From IMG/VR virus record IMGVR_UViG_3300048575_000378, positions 1 through 45,188 of that record: a stretch of 45,188 nt of DNA; one strand, written 5' to 3'. Of the stretch, positions 17,837-27,202 are shown one piece after another (the first letter of the stretch is position 1; each line of letters begins with the position of its first letter). The position numbers and the translations under genes were made by a program. The notes beneath the pieces were generated by a model. The model worked only from the letters and a program-made list of their open reading frames with translations, was not told where the DNA came from and did not search any database. The DNA comes from a virus. Its lineage: Duplodnaviria; Caudoviricetes.

Positions 17837-18796
17837 TCAGGCGAAAGCGTCCTGGATGAAATACCCGACGTCCCTGGCGCAGACGTGCTCGCGCACGCGC
17901 TCGCCGACGCGGATCACCTCGCCGCCCTTGAGGCCGACCTGCTCATCGAAATACGTGAGCGCCACGGGGCCACCGCAGTCCGCGGTGAACCCGAAGGTCG
18001 GCGCGGTGCCGCCGGGGCCGCCCTCGGGATTGATGTGCAGCAGGGAGATGTGCTTGCCCCACACCTGACCGATGTTGACCTCCTGGCCGGGCGCGGCGGC
18101 ATTGAGCTGCCCCTCGCCGACCAGCAATCCCTGAAGCTCGAACAGTTCGACGAACTGCTCGCGCGAGATCATGCCGTCCCCGCTGATGCCACCCTTGACC
18201 GACTTGACGAGGCGCGGATGCGCCCTGATCTTGCCCCAGCCGTACTTGCTCATCACCGCGTGCGTCGGGCGGGCGATGAACGTGCCGTCGAGCGCGGCGT
18301 TGATCACGCCGACCGGGTCGGAATTGGTGTAGTCGGAGAGCTGGCTGGTGCCGGCGAGCTGGACGCGACGGTTGGCGGCATAGGTGCCCGGCACATGCAC
18401 GATGTCGGCCACCCGCTTTTCGCGAGCGATCTGCTTGATGGCGGCAAGGCCGGTGGTAGCGCGCACGCGCGGATCGTAGCCGGTGTAGCCGGCGCCCCGC
18501 TGGGCGGCGGCATCGTCCTGGTCGGTCTGCGGGATGGAGGATTCCCAGCCATAGTCTTCGACCGAGGAATCGACCTTGGTCGCGGCGAACTCGATGCGCG
18601 TCGTGGCGCCTCGGCGACCCAGCTTGCCGTTCGGGGCGGCGAAGTCCTCGAGGCCGTAGACATCGTAGCGGAAAGCCGACGCGGTGGGCACGCGCGGCAG
18701 CACCTGGTCGGCGATCAGCGCCGACACGGGGTTGGAGTAGCCGATGGCGATCGCCGTCAGCACGGCGTCGACCACAAAGGGACGCGGAGAGGACAT
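17837..18796 (-). CDS. Major capsid protein
   Basis: 319 aa, PFVVDAVLTAIAIGYSN...GYFIQDA; follows the protease and decoration genes. Confidence 0.85.
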   Translation of the reverse strand: MSSPRPFVVDAVLTAIAIGYSNPVSALIADQVLPRVPTASAFRYDVYGLEDFAAPNGKLGRRGATTRIEFAATKVDSSVEDYGWESSIPQTDQDDAAAQRGAGYTGYDPRVRATTGLAAIKQIAREKRVADIVHVPGTYAANRRVQLAGTSQLSDYTNSDPVGVINAALDGTFIARPTHAVMSKYGWGKIRAHPRLVKSVKGGISGDGMISREQFVELFELQGLLVGEGQLNAAAPGQEVNIGQVWGKHISLLHINPEGGPGGTAPTFGFTADCGGPVALTYFDEQVGLKGGEVIRVGERVREHVCARDVGYFIQDAFA

Positions 18797-18808
18797 GGTA
18801 CTTGCTCC

Positions 18809-19168
18809 TTAGCCCTGGACCGCGCCGGGCAGGACAATGACGTCGATGATGTCGCCGGCGACGCCGGACGACAGGGCGATGGCGCCGGTCTGGGCGTTGA
18901 CGCCGGCGGCCGGTGCGGCCGCGATCGCCTTGCCGTCGGCGTCGGCGGTCAGCTTCTGGCCGCGGGCGACGGCGCCGCCGCAGACGATCTTGGCCGGACC
19001 GAGCAGCGTTACGTCGATCATGTCGCCGGCGCTGCCGCCGAGATCGGTGACGCCGACGATCAGGTCGGTCGAGGCCGCGGCCTGGACGATGGTGTCGGCG
19101 GCCGAGAACTTGGCAAAGCGCTTGCCGGCGACGGCCGCGCCGGCCGCATAGCCCTTGATGTACCGCAT
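18809..19168 (-). CDS. Capsid decoration/cement protein (DUF2190-like)
   Basis: GGAVARGQKLTADADGKAI and GDIIDV motifs; SD GGAGG. Confidence 0.75.
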   Translation of the reverse strand: MRYIKGYAAGAAVAGKRFAKFSAADTIVQAAASTDLIVGVTDLGGSAGDMIDVTLLGPAKIVCGGAVARGQKLTADADGKAIAAAPAAGVNAQTGAIALSSGVAGDIIDVIVLPGAVQG

Positions 19169-19173
19169 GGGGA

Positions 19174-20220
19174 TCAGCCTCCGGAGACGGCGAGCACGCA
19201 GTCGGCCCAGGCCTTGCCGGGATGCTCGCGCTGGTGCAGCTGCGCCTTGGTGATGATGTCGTTGACATCGGTGGTGTCGGCGACCGGGTTGGCCGACCGC
19301 TGCCGCGCCGGGTCGATGCCGCCGGAGTGGACCGACGCCAGCGCGGCGATCTCCTTCTCGACGGCTTCGGGCTCCTTGGCGTGGCGGGAGATATAGTGGT
19401 CGCGCAGCGCCTTGATCGGCTTGCCGTCGCGGATGGCGCCGTCGACGAAGGCCTCGGCCCGTGTCCGGGCGTTGTCGGCCTGGAGCGTGTCGAGCTGGCT
19501 CTGCAGCGTCACCACCGTCTCGGCGAGGCGCTGGCTGTCGCCGGCCGTCTCGGCGGTCCTGACCACCTGGTGGATATGGGTGACCAGCTCGTCGGGCTTG
19601 GCGTCGGCCTTGGCGCCGGCCGCCGTCGCCAGCGAGGCGATCGTCTTCGAGTGGGTCTCGACCTGGTCGAGCGACTTGCCGATCGCCGCCGCGACGGCGA
19701 CCTCGTCGGCATCGGCCGCAAGACCGAGGCGCGTCAGGAGTGCTGCAGGGAGCGACATGGTGTCCGCCTTGTGATGCAGGTTGTGGAGAGGGAGATTGGG
19801 ATCGTTGGTGAGCGACGCGCGGGCGATCGCCCGCACCTCGGCCGGCGAGCCTTTGGTGACCATCATGGCCGGCGAGACGCCGCGATAGGCCCGCTCGTCC
19901 ATCAGCCCCTTGCCGGCCGCGTTGAGTTCGACGCGGCCCCAGATGCCGTCCGGCCGCGCCTGCATCTCGACGATCCAGCCGCGCGCCGGCGCCGGCAGCC
20001 CCTTGGGGGCGGCGAGGTCGGTCGCGTGGCATTCGTCGAGCAGGATCTTGCCGCCGGCCATCGACGTCCGGATCACCGCCTCGGCGTCCCGGAGGACGTA
20101 GGGGCCGCGACCGTCGGCGCCGGAAAACCGGCCGGCCGGGACGAGGTGCATCCACGGGTCGGAGCCGTCGGCAAGGCCGGCGGCGTTGATGTCGAGGATA
20201 AGAGTGGCGGTGTCGTTCAT
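19174..20220 (-). CDS. Prohead protease/scaffold (Mu I/Z)
   Basis: LDECHAT, PAPARGWI, YRGVSP and SLTNDPNL motifs; possible internal scaffold start MSLPAALL. Confidence 0.9.
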   Translation of the reverse strand: MNDTATLILDINAAGLADGSDPWMHLVPAGRFSGADGRGPYVLRDAEAVIRTSMAGGKILLDECHATDLAAPKGLPAPARGWIVEMQARPDGIWGRVELNAAGKGLMDERAYRGVSPAMMVTKGSPAEVRAIARASLTNDPNLPLHNLHHKADTMSLPAALLTRLGLAADADEVAVAAAIGKSLDQVETHSKTIASLATAAGAKADAKPDELVTHIHQVVRTAETAGDSQRLAETVVTLQSQLDTLQADNARTRAEAFVDGAIRDGKPIKALRDHYISRHAKEPEAVEKEIAALASVHSGGIDPARQRSANPVADTTDVNDIITKAQLHQREHPGKAWADCVLAVSGG

Positions 20221-20229
20221 GGCCCGCCG

Positions 20230-20278
20230 ACCATGCGGCGGGCGACCTGTCCGATACACCCCTGCGGCGGCAGGGGTC
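20230..20278 (-). promoter_or_regulatory. Late promoter PI-like: activator palindrome plus -10 element
   Basis: ACCCCTGC-GGCG-GCAGGGGT (20258-20277), 21 nt, CATGGT, 9 nt, ATG. Confidence 0.72.
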
Positions 20279-20412
20279 ACCCTATCGAGGGGCGCCGGGA
20301 TCGGTCGGGAATGGGGCGGCGATTAAAACGAGTTTCAAACGGGGAAATTGCCCCGTGGAGCCCGATCCGCCACCCGGAGGCTACACCGGCCCGTCCCGGC
20401 CGTCCATCGCCC

Positions 20413-20913
20413 TCAGCGGCCACCTGACGCGGATCGGATCAGGATGAGCTCGACCACGTCGCCGACCTCGCGCTGGTCCTCGTCGTCGAAGTCCAAATAG
20501 GGTCGGGCGGGGATCGTCACCTGGCGCGCGAAGACGAGCCCGCTCGCCATCCGAAAGACCAGATACTTGGCCTTCTTGGGCCGGATCACGCCGCCGAGCT
20601 GATGGATACGGGCGTAGATGCGACCCGAGCCGACGCGCAGCTCGTCGTTGCCCACTTGATAGGTGATGGATCGCATCAGCATGCCCGACGCCCGCAGGAT
20701 GCCGGGGCCGCGCTTGATCGGCGCATAGTCGGGGTGCAGCGATTTCCAGGGCGTGTGGCCGGGGCCGGAGCCGCGGCGGAAACGGGCAAGGCGGATATTG
20801 ACCAGCGCCATGCCGATCGGCTTCAGCATTTGCTTGGGGGCGCCCGCCAGCGCCGACAGGCCACGCCGGAGGTCGGCGTCCTCGATCCTGGCGAGGAGAG
20901 CGACGCCGGCCAT
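20413..20913 (-). CDS. Virion morphogenesis protein (Mu G, gp31)
   Basis: GILRASGMLMRSI, YARIHQLGG and IPARPYL motifs. Confidence 0.9.
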   Translation of the reverse strand: MAGVALLARIEDADLRRGLSALAGAPKQMLKPIGMALVNIRLARFRRGSGPGHTPWKSLHPDYAPIKRGPGILRASGMLMRSITYQVGNDELRVGSGRIYARIHQLGGVIRPKKAKYLVFRMASGLVFARQVTIPARPYLDFDDEDQREVGDVVELILIRSASGGR

Positions 20914-21128
20914 CAGTCGACGATCTCGGCACCCGTGGACATGGCGGCCATGGCGGCAAACCGGCTGACGCCGCGGCGGCGATTGTCGATCGAGGCCTGC
21001 GCATCGGCGATCGCCTGCTCGATCTCCTCGATCGGAGCATCGGCATAGGCGGCCAACATCGCCTCGTTACCGTCATAGAGACGGCCGAGTTCGGCGAGGC
21101 GTGAGGCGCGGCTTGCGATTTGGTTCAT
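20913..21128 (-). CDS. Small helical protein, candidate immunity protein for the MuF toxin
   Basis: 71 aa; overlaps the MuF 3' end, and its stop overlaps the G start (TGATG). Confidence 0.6.
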   Translation of the reverse strand: MNQIASRASRLAELGRLYDGNEAMLAAYADAPIEEIEQAIADAQASIDNRRRGVSRFAAMAAMSTGAEIVD

Positions 21129-22683
21129 CGACGGCTTCCAGTGTCATGTGGCCTGGCTCCTTGTCGATGACGCGGAACCGGCTGCCGGGTCGGAACAGCA
21201 TCTCCCACTCACGATGGTTGATGTCGGGATACGGATGAACCCAGGCGGCGCCATGATACGCCTCCGGGACCTTTATCTCAAGGATCACGCCACCATCGGC
21301 AAAATTCTCGGCAACGCCCCGCTCGATCGACGTCGACATGAAGATGCGGGGCTGCACCGTCTTGCCGACCCTGGCCGCCGCGATGGGGTCTGTCGGGGCC
21401 ACGCCACGAAACACCGTCATCGGCCGATCGGTCGGCGGCGCCTTGGCGAGTGCCTGGTCGAGCGTCTTGATGGCCGGCTTGAGGCTGTCGCCCTTCACGG
21501 TGCCGGCGAGGTGGCCGTTGATGCCGGTGTAGGCATGACCTTTGTAGGCGGCGAGCGTCTGGGCCTCGGCGCCGGACAAAGACTGCGCCCAGGGATCGTA
21601 GCGGCCGCGCAGGATGCGATCCGCCTCCTCCAGTTCCCTCGGCATCGTCGGCACCGGCAGCGGGCCGTGGCCAGGCGGGATGATCAGCGGCGCCTCGTCG
21701 TCGGCCGGATTGTAGGCGGGTTGCTTGACGGCCGGCAGGGGCGACGGCAGCGCCGGCGCCGTCACGACCTTGTCAGGCGCCGGAATCGTCGAGGGTGCCG
21801 GGATCGTCGGCATCTGTGCCGGCGCTTCTGGCGGGATGATCAACGGCGCTTCGTCGTCGGCGGGATTGTAGGCAGGCCGCTTGACAGCCGGCAGAGGCGG
21901 CGCCGGCGGCGTCGGCGGTGGCGGCCGATAGTTGGGGCCGGCCTGCATCACCGCATCGTGCGGCACCTTCACCTCGCCTTTCCAGGCCATGCCGGGATTG
22001 TAGCCAAAGCCAGGGTCGACGCCCTTCGGTGTGAGTTGGTAGCGACCTGATTTGCCGATCGGCTTTTCAGTGAGGTCGAGCGCCGGCGCCGGATCGGGAC
22101 CGGTCTTGCCCTGGCGGGCAAGGCCGCGCGCCGTGATGCTCTCCACCATGCAGCCGCAGCCCCAACCGTTGGGCGGATAGTTGGTGCGCCACCAGGCGTC
22201 GTCCGCCTGGAGCGTCAGGCCGTCCCAGGCCTTGTGCTGCAGGCGGGGGTGCGGGTTGCCGGAGTGCCGATAGACCCAGAACGGGAAGATGGCCAGCACG
22301 TCCGGATCGGTCTGCTGGGCATAGCGGCCGGCCGCATAGGCCATGTTGAGGTTGGTCTCGTAGATGGTCCGGATACGCCAGGCCTCCGTTTTCGGGTTGC
22401 CCTCGCCGGTCCAGCCGTGCCAGCCGTACTTGTCGACGATCGAGTAGAAATCCTTGCGGAACTCCTGCAGCGTCGTACCCTGTTCGATGGCCTTTTGAAT
22501 GGCCGTTTGAAAATCCTTGACCAGAGCTTCCGAGGCGGCGCCGGCCACCATGAAGGCGCGGCTGTGAGCGGTCTCCCAGACGTCCGTCCAGCGCTGTGTC
22601 GGCACCGGTGCCTTGCCGGCCATGAAATCGATGGCCTCCTGGAACGGCAGGTCGACGGCCTCGATCGTGGACGCCATCACCAT
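21073..22683 (-). CDS. MuF (gp30) minor head protein with a Pro-rich linker and a C-terminal VIP2/C3-like ADP-ribosyltransferase domain
   Basis: MuF motifs AHSRAFMVAG, YETN, PRLQH and PPNGWGCGC; ART motifs Y...Y..IN, VFRG, FMSTS and EWEMLF. Confidence 0.88.
   Translation of the reverse strand: MVMASTIEAVDLPFQEAIDFMAGKAPVPTQRWTDVWETAHSRAFMVAGAASEALVKDFQTAIQKAIEQGTTLQEFRKDFYSIVDKYGWHGWTGEGNPKTEAWRIRTIYETNLNMAYAAGRYAQQTDPDVLAIFPFWVYRHSGNPHPRLQHKAWDGLTLQADDAWWRTNYPPNGWGCGCMVESITARGLARQGKTGPDPAPALDLTEKPIGKSGRYQLTPKGVDPGFGYNPGMAWKGEVKVPHDAVMQAGPNYRPPPPTPPAPPLPAVKRPAYNPADDEAPLIIPPEAPAQMPTIPAPSTIPAPDKVVTAPALPSPLPAVKQPAYNPADDEAPLIIPPGHGPLPVPTMPRELEEADRILRGRYDPWAQSLSGAEAQTLAAYKGHAYTGINGHLAGTVKGDSLKPAIKTLDQALAKAPPTDRPMTVFRGVAPTDPIAAARVGKTVQPRIFMSTSIERGVAENFADGGVILEIKVPEAYHGAAWVHPYPDINHREWEMLFRPGSRFRVIDKEPGHMTLEAVDEPNRKPRLTPRRTRPSL
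21673..21897 (-). repeat. Two 69-nt coding repeats PLPAVK(R/Q)PAYNPADDEAPLIIPP
   Basis: Copies at 21829-21897 and 21673-21741, with 7 synonymous and 1 non-synonymous codon differences. Confidence 0.9.
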
Positions 22684-22686
22684 GGC

Positions 22687-24258
22687 TCAGCTCTCGCCCT
22701 CGATGTCGTCCATCAGCGCCGCCTGGCCGGCGAGGTGGGCGAGTGCCATGCCGCGCCGCATGGCGACGGCGAGATCGGTGGCGTCGAGATGGAGCGCCTC
22801 GAGGCGGTTGAGCGCGTCCGGCAGGCTCTCGGCCTGCATCAGCGCCGTGCGGATGTCCTCGGTGAGACCGTGCAGCGCGCCGGCCGCGTCGCGCTCGAGG
22901 CGATCGGTCAGCCGCTCGACCATCAGCTCGTTACTCTGCTGGCGGGCATTGAGCATCCGCTGCAGCGTCGCACCGATCGACGCCGGCGGCTCGGCCGGCG
23001 CCGGCTTGCCGCCGATCACCTCGTCCTCGGGCTCGGGATCGCTGACGCCGAGCCGGCCGCGGATCTCCGACGCCTTGACCGTCAGGCCGGCCGGCAGCAG
23101 CTTGGACAGCGCGTCCGCGAGGTCCTTGACCGGCAGCTCATCCGGCCGGCCGACATTGACGCGCGGATACTCGTCCTGCGGCCCGAAATTGTAGGCGATG
23201 ATCAGCGGCACCAGCTGGCGGGTGATGGTGGTGCCGACGGCGATGCCGTCGGAGCGCTCGATGTCCTCCTGGACGAGCCGGTGCTCCTGGGCGACGGCGT
23301 GGCCGCCGGCCACCGCGTCCGTCGTCGTCGTCTGGCCAAGCACCACCTTGCTGAGCTCGTAATCGATGTATTTGCAGCGCTTTTCGTAGAGGTCGGCCGA
23401 CTGACCGACCTGTCCGGTCTGAATGAACTCGATGTCCATGCTTTTCGGAAAGATCGCCGCCAAGTCACCGGCGATGTTGCGCACCGCCCGCCAGAGGATG
23501 CGCCGGTCCTCGGCCGTCGACGACGACTCGTAGCGGCCGACACGGATCGGCAGTCCGTAGCGCTCGGCAAACAGCGCCCAATCCCTGTCGGTGAACATCT
23601 TGAGCATCCAGCCCCAGAGCGCCACCCGGCCGAGGCCGCCGCGGATCAGCTGGCCGGACTTGTAGCGGTGGGTGTGCACGATGAACTTGTGCTCGGCGAG
23701 CGGCATGTAGGTGACGCCCTCGCGCAGCCGGATGGTCTGGCCGTCGACCGGATCGGGTGCGAACCAGGTGGCCGGCCGCTGGATCAGCCTCACCGGCCAG
23801 AACTTGTCGCGCGAGGTCTGCCAGTCGATCTCCAGCACCGAGAAGCTCTTGGAGACGGCGTCGAGCATGTCGAGCATCGCGTCCTGCAAGGCGCCGGTCT
23901 CGATCCAGTCGCGCAAGAGCTGGGCGTGCTGCTGATAGGGTTCCTCGTCGCCGGCCGCCTCGACGGTGATCGGCAGCTGCATCACCGCCCGCTTGCGGGT
24001 GGTCAGCACCGCCATGTAGTGGCCGGACTTTTCCTCCGCCTCCTCGGCCAACTCGAGGTAGGCGCGCGGATCGCCGTTGTCGGCCTGTCGAAAAATCTGG
24101 GCGAGCCGGATCGGCGTCAGCCCGGCCGACGGATATTGCGTCGGCCGCACCGTCCGCCAGGAGCTGTCGGGCGGCAGCGCCTCGCCGACCAGGTCGGAGA
24201 CCGCGACCGCCTTGGCGTCCGGGCCGACACGACCGCGCTTGTTTTTCTTGGCCATCAC
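22687..24258 (-). CDS. Portal protein gp29 (DUF935)
   Basis: GLTPIRL, DWALFAERYGLPIRVGRY and SKVVLGQTTTT motifs. Confidence 0.92.
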   Translation of the reverse strand: MMAKKNKRGRVGPDAKAVAVSDLVGEALPPDSSWRTVRPTQYPSAGLTPIRLAQIFRQADNGDPRAYLELAEEAEEKSGHYMAVLTTRKRAVMQLPITVEAAGDEEPYQQHAQLLRDWIETGALQDAMLDMLDAVSKSFSVLEIDWQTSRDKFWPVRLIQRPATWFAPDPVDGQTIRLREGVTYMPLAEHKFIVHTHRYKSGQLIRGGLGRVALWGWMLKMFTDRDWALFAERYGLPIRVGRYESSSTAEDRRILWRAVRNIAGDLAAIFPKSMDIEFIQTGQVGQSADLYEKRCKYIDYELSKVVLGQTTTTDAVAGGHAVAQEHRLVQEDIERSDGIAVGTTITRQLVPLIIAYNFGPQDEYPRVNVGRPDELPVKDLADALSKLLPAGLTVKASEIRGRLGVSDPEPEDEVIGGKPAPAEPPASIGATLQRMLNARQQSNELMVERLTDRLERDAAGALHGLTEDIRTALMQAESLPDALNRLEALHLDATDLAVAMRRGMALAHLAGQAALMDDIEGES

Positions 24259-25913
24259 AGACTCCTGAGATCGGGCAGCAGGCTGTCCTGCTCCTCGTAG
24301 AGCGGCGCTTCGTCATCGTCGGACGCGCTGTCGGGGCCGGCCGGCGTGTAGGCGTATTCGCCGACCTCCGTCTCGGACGCCGCAAATGCCAGCACGGCCG
24401 CGACGGCGGAATCACCGTGACGGTCCTCGCCGTCCGTCCCCTTGACGTGATCGGTCGAGATGGCCGGGAATCCGTTGCGGAGCACGACCAGGCGATGGTC
24501 GGCGACGACATCCTCGCCGCCAGGGAGGATAAAGCTCTGAGCTTCCAACGCCGCCTTGTAGTTCGGGAAATGCAGGGCGTACCACGCCGCCGTGAACATC
24601 ACGCACTCGACCCGCTCGATGCCATAGCGCTGGGCGGCCGCCTCGGCGTGGCTCTGGCCGTTGCCGCGGGCGTCGAACTTGGCGAGCCATGTCGGCAATA
24701 CATTGAGGACCTGGAATAGGATCCATCGCTGGACATCGAACGGGACGCGCCGCAGCTCGATCAGGAACGACGAGCGCCATTGATCCCGCCGTTCTTCCTG
24801 GGCGACCAGGATACACGACAGGTCGCCGTTGCGGCCGAAGTCCTGGCCGAGCACGCTCCGGCGCCGGCGGTCGAGCCTGTCGAGCAGCGGCCGGACATGG
24901 TCCTCGAACCAGCGCATCGCAATGACCAGCCGGTCATCCCGGAGGTAGAAATTCTCGGCGACCGACCATGCCACGGTCGGAATGCTGGCGTCCTGCGCCT
25001 TCTGGACGAGAGCACGGGGCAGGTAGACGCCCGACGACTTGCGGGGGATCGCCTCCAGCTCCTCGTCGCGCGCCTCGATGCGCGGGCCGTAGGAACGGAC
25101 GATCGTGTTGACCCACTTCTCGAAACCCTGGCGATCCGGCGTCCACCCTCGCTGTGCGCAAGGCTCCTCGCCGAGCATCAGCCGGACACGGTTGTAGAGG
25201 CCGTTCTTGATCGCTTTCGAGAATGGGATGTGGTGGATCGAATAGTCGTAGAGACCGGCCTCGGTATCCTTGATCAGGATGTTGAACGGATTGTCCTCGC
25301 CGTTGTGCGACGAGATAATGCGGATCATGCCGCCCCAGGTGAGCAGCGCATTGACGGCATCGAGCACCGCCGTCACGTCGGGGTGAAACGCCGCCTCGTC
25401 GATGACGACAATACCCTGCAGGCCGCGGATGTTCGACGGCCGCGACGACAGGGCCACCACCTGGAACCCGCTCGCGAAGCTGACGCGATAGGCCGCGATG
25501 AACTTGGTGCTGCCGTCCGGTTGCTCGTCCGGGAACAGGTAATCCTGCACCGTCGGCGCCAGTTCATGCGACACGACCAACGCGAAATGAGCGACGTAGC
25601 GGATGAATTCGAGGCCCTTCTCCTTGGTGTCGCCGATATAGAAGACGTTCTGCCCGCCGTCGCTCCTCTTGGTCGCGGCGGTCAGCGTATCGTCGAGCGC
25701 CTCGGCATAGGTGATGCCGGTCCGTCGCCCCTTCCTGGCGATCTTGAGCGGCGACTTGTCTTCGATCCACTCGACCTGATGCGCCATCAGCACACCATCG
25801 GCGAGCGGATCGTGTCCGTCCGGCAGCTTCGACGGCGCGAAAAGCTCGGCGAAAATCTGCTGAGAGGTCAGAACCGTCGAGTCTAGCAGCTCGGCCTCGG
25901 TGCGGGCGCTCAT
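24255..25913 (-). CDS. terL: Terminase large subunit gp28
   Basis: KGRRTGIT, VVIDEAAF, GQDFGRNGD and HGDSAVA motifs. Confidence 0.92.
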   Translation of the reverse strand: MSARTEAELLDSTVLTSQQIFAELFAPSKLPDGHDPLADGVLMAHQVEWIEDKSPLKIARKGRRTGITYAEALDDTLTAATKRSDGGQNVFYIGDTKEKGLEFIRYVAHFALVVSHELAPTVQDYLFPDEQPDGSTKFIAAYRVSFASGFQVVALSSRPSNIRGLQGIVVIDEAAFHPDVTAVLDAVNALLTWGGMIRIISSHNGEDNPFNILIKDTEAGLYDYSIHHIPFSKAIKNGLYNRVRLMLGEEPCAQRGWTPDRQGFEKWVNTIVRSYGPRIEARDEELEAIPRKSSGVYLPRALVQKAQDASIPTVAWSVAENFYLRDDRLVIAMRWFEDHVRPLLDRLDRRRRSVLGQDFGRNGDLSCILVAQEERRDQWRSSFLIELRRVPFDVQRWILFQVLNVLPTWLAKFDARGNGQSHAEAAAQRYGIERVECVMFTAAWYALHFPNYKAALEAQSFILPGGEDVVADHRLVVLRNGFPAISTDHVKGTDGEDRHGDSAVAAVLAFAASETEVGEYAYTPAGPDSASDDDEAPLYEEQDSLLPDLRSL

Positions 25914-26506
25914 GACGACGGCACCGGCGGCACGGATGGCGGTTTCTGGCGAACGCCGAGCAGCTTGCGGCGCAACTCGGCGGCGCGCTCGCCGCTGATC
26001 CCGCCTTCCGAGAGCGCGGCGGCGGTGTCGTCGACAGCCTTCGACAAGGCGGCAACCCGCAGCCGCTCCTGTTCGAGGAGCTTCCGCGCCTCCATGTATC
26101 GCACCTGATCGGACCGTGCCGCCGCGGACAGGTCCTTGATCGCCTTGGCGATCTGCGCCGCCTCCTTGGGATCGAGTTGCGCCGGTTCGCCGTCCTCACC
26201 GCGCTGCAACTCCATCAACGATGCGTGCAACATCTGGACGTTGAAGCGCATCATCCGGTCATCGGCACCCGCATTTTCCATACGCGACATGATCGACTCG
26301 GCGGCAGCGCGGCTTTCGTTGAGGCGTTTCGCGACCGCGTCCCACTTCTTGATGTGCTCGCCGAGGCCGGTGCGGCTGACGTCGCCGACCCCGAGCGAGC
26401 GCAGGTGAGCGAGGATTTCGTCGATGGTGCGGCCCTGGCGGCGCAGGTCGCCAATGGCGTCGCGCAGCTCCTGAGGCAGGCGGTCGATCTTGGAGGGCCG
26501 CGCCAT
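25910..26506 (-). CDS. gp27 (DUF3486), probable terminase small subunit
   Basis: MARPSKIDRLP and VSRTGLG motifs; precedes terL. Confidence 0.85.
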   Translation of the reverse strand: MARPSKIDRLPQELRDAIGDLRRQGRTIDEILAHLRSLGVGDVSRTGLGEHIKKWDAVAKRLNESRAAAESIMSRMENAGADDRMMRFNVQMLHASLMELQRGEDGEPAQLDPKEAAQIAKAIKDLSAAARSDQVRYMEARKLLEQERLRVAALSKAVDDTAAALSEGGISGERAAELRRKLLGVRQKPPSVPPVPSS

Positions 26507-26507
26507 G

Positions 26508-26813
26508 TCAGGCCTCCGGGTAGTCGATGCCGGGGATCGGGTCGATGTGGCGCTCGAGGTAGCTGCGGCCGCGCTTGGTGATTTCGAGCGTGCGGACGCG
26601 CCCCTCGTAATAGACGATGCGGACGAGGCCGGCCTGGCCCATCATCTCGGCGTCGCCGGCCAGCGCGTCGTCGCCCTGGAACCGGCCCCGGAAGCCGAGC
26701 ATATGTAGCGCCTTACGCAAGAGGCTCTCGTTGATCGCACCCTCGTTTTCCCGGACCGCCCGCAGCGTCGCGAGGCGGCGGGACTTGGTGGTGTCGTCGA
26801 CATAGTCGCTCAC
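26508..26813 (-). CDS. gp26-like winged-helix protein
   Basis: RRLATLR, NESLL, ITKRG and PGI..P motifs. Confidence 0.78.
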   Translation of the reverse strand: MSDYVDDTTKSRRLATLRAVRENEGAINESLLRKALHMLGFRGRFQGDDALAGDAEMMGQAGLVRIVYYEGRVRTLEITKRGRSYLERHIDPIPGIDYPEA

Positions 26814-27202
26814 GTCGCGGCCCCCTTGAGCAAATGGTTTTCAACCCTCGTCAGGGCGCGGGTGATCGATTGCATCTCGCGGTCGAGCGATTCCAGTCTT
26901 GCGTCCGCCCGGCCGAGCTGCTCCTTGACGTCGGCAATGTCCTCGGCCGAGGGCAGATGGCGGATTTCCGTCTCGATGCGCAGCGTCCGGTCGGACAACT
27001 GCAACTGGGCGGCCAGGAGCGGTGCCAGCTTCTCGGTGATCCGCGCCTCGACCGACGCATCCGCCTCGGCACGCGCCCTGATCTCGGCCTGCAACTCGTC
27101 GCGGCTGGCCAACCCCATGCGGATCGCCCAGCCGGCGGCGGCGAGGACAAGACCGAGCGCGAAGGCAACGGCCGGCCAGTAACGCATCAACTCGTCCATC
27201 AT
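26810..27202 (-). CDS. gp25-like membrane-anchored coiled-coil protein (DUF2730)
   Basis: N-terminal transmembrane segment, IRHLPSAED motif and ATGA coupling. Confidence 0.78.
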   Translation of the reverse strand: MMDELMRYWPAVAFALGLVLAAAGWAIRMGLASRDELQAEIRARAEADASVEARITEKLAPLLAAQLQLSDRTLRIETEIRHLPSAEDIADVKEQLGRADARLESLDREMQSITRALTRVENHLLKGAAT

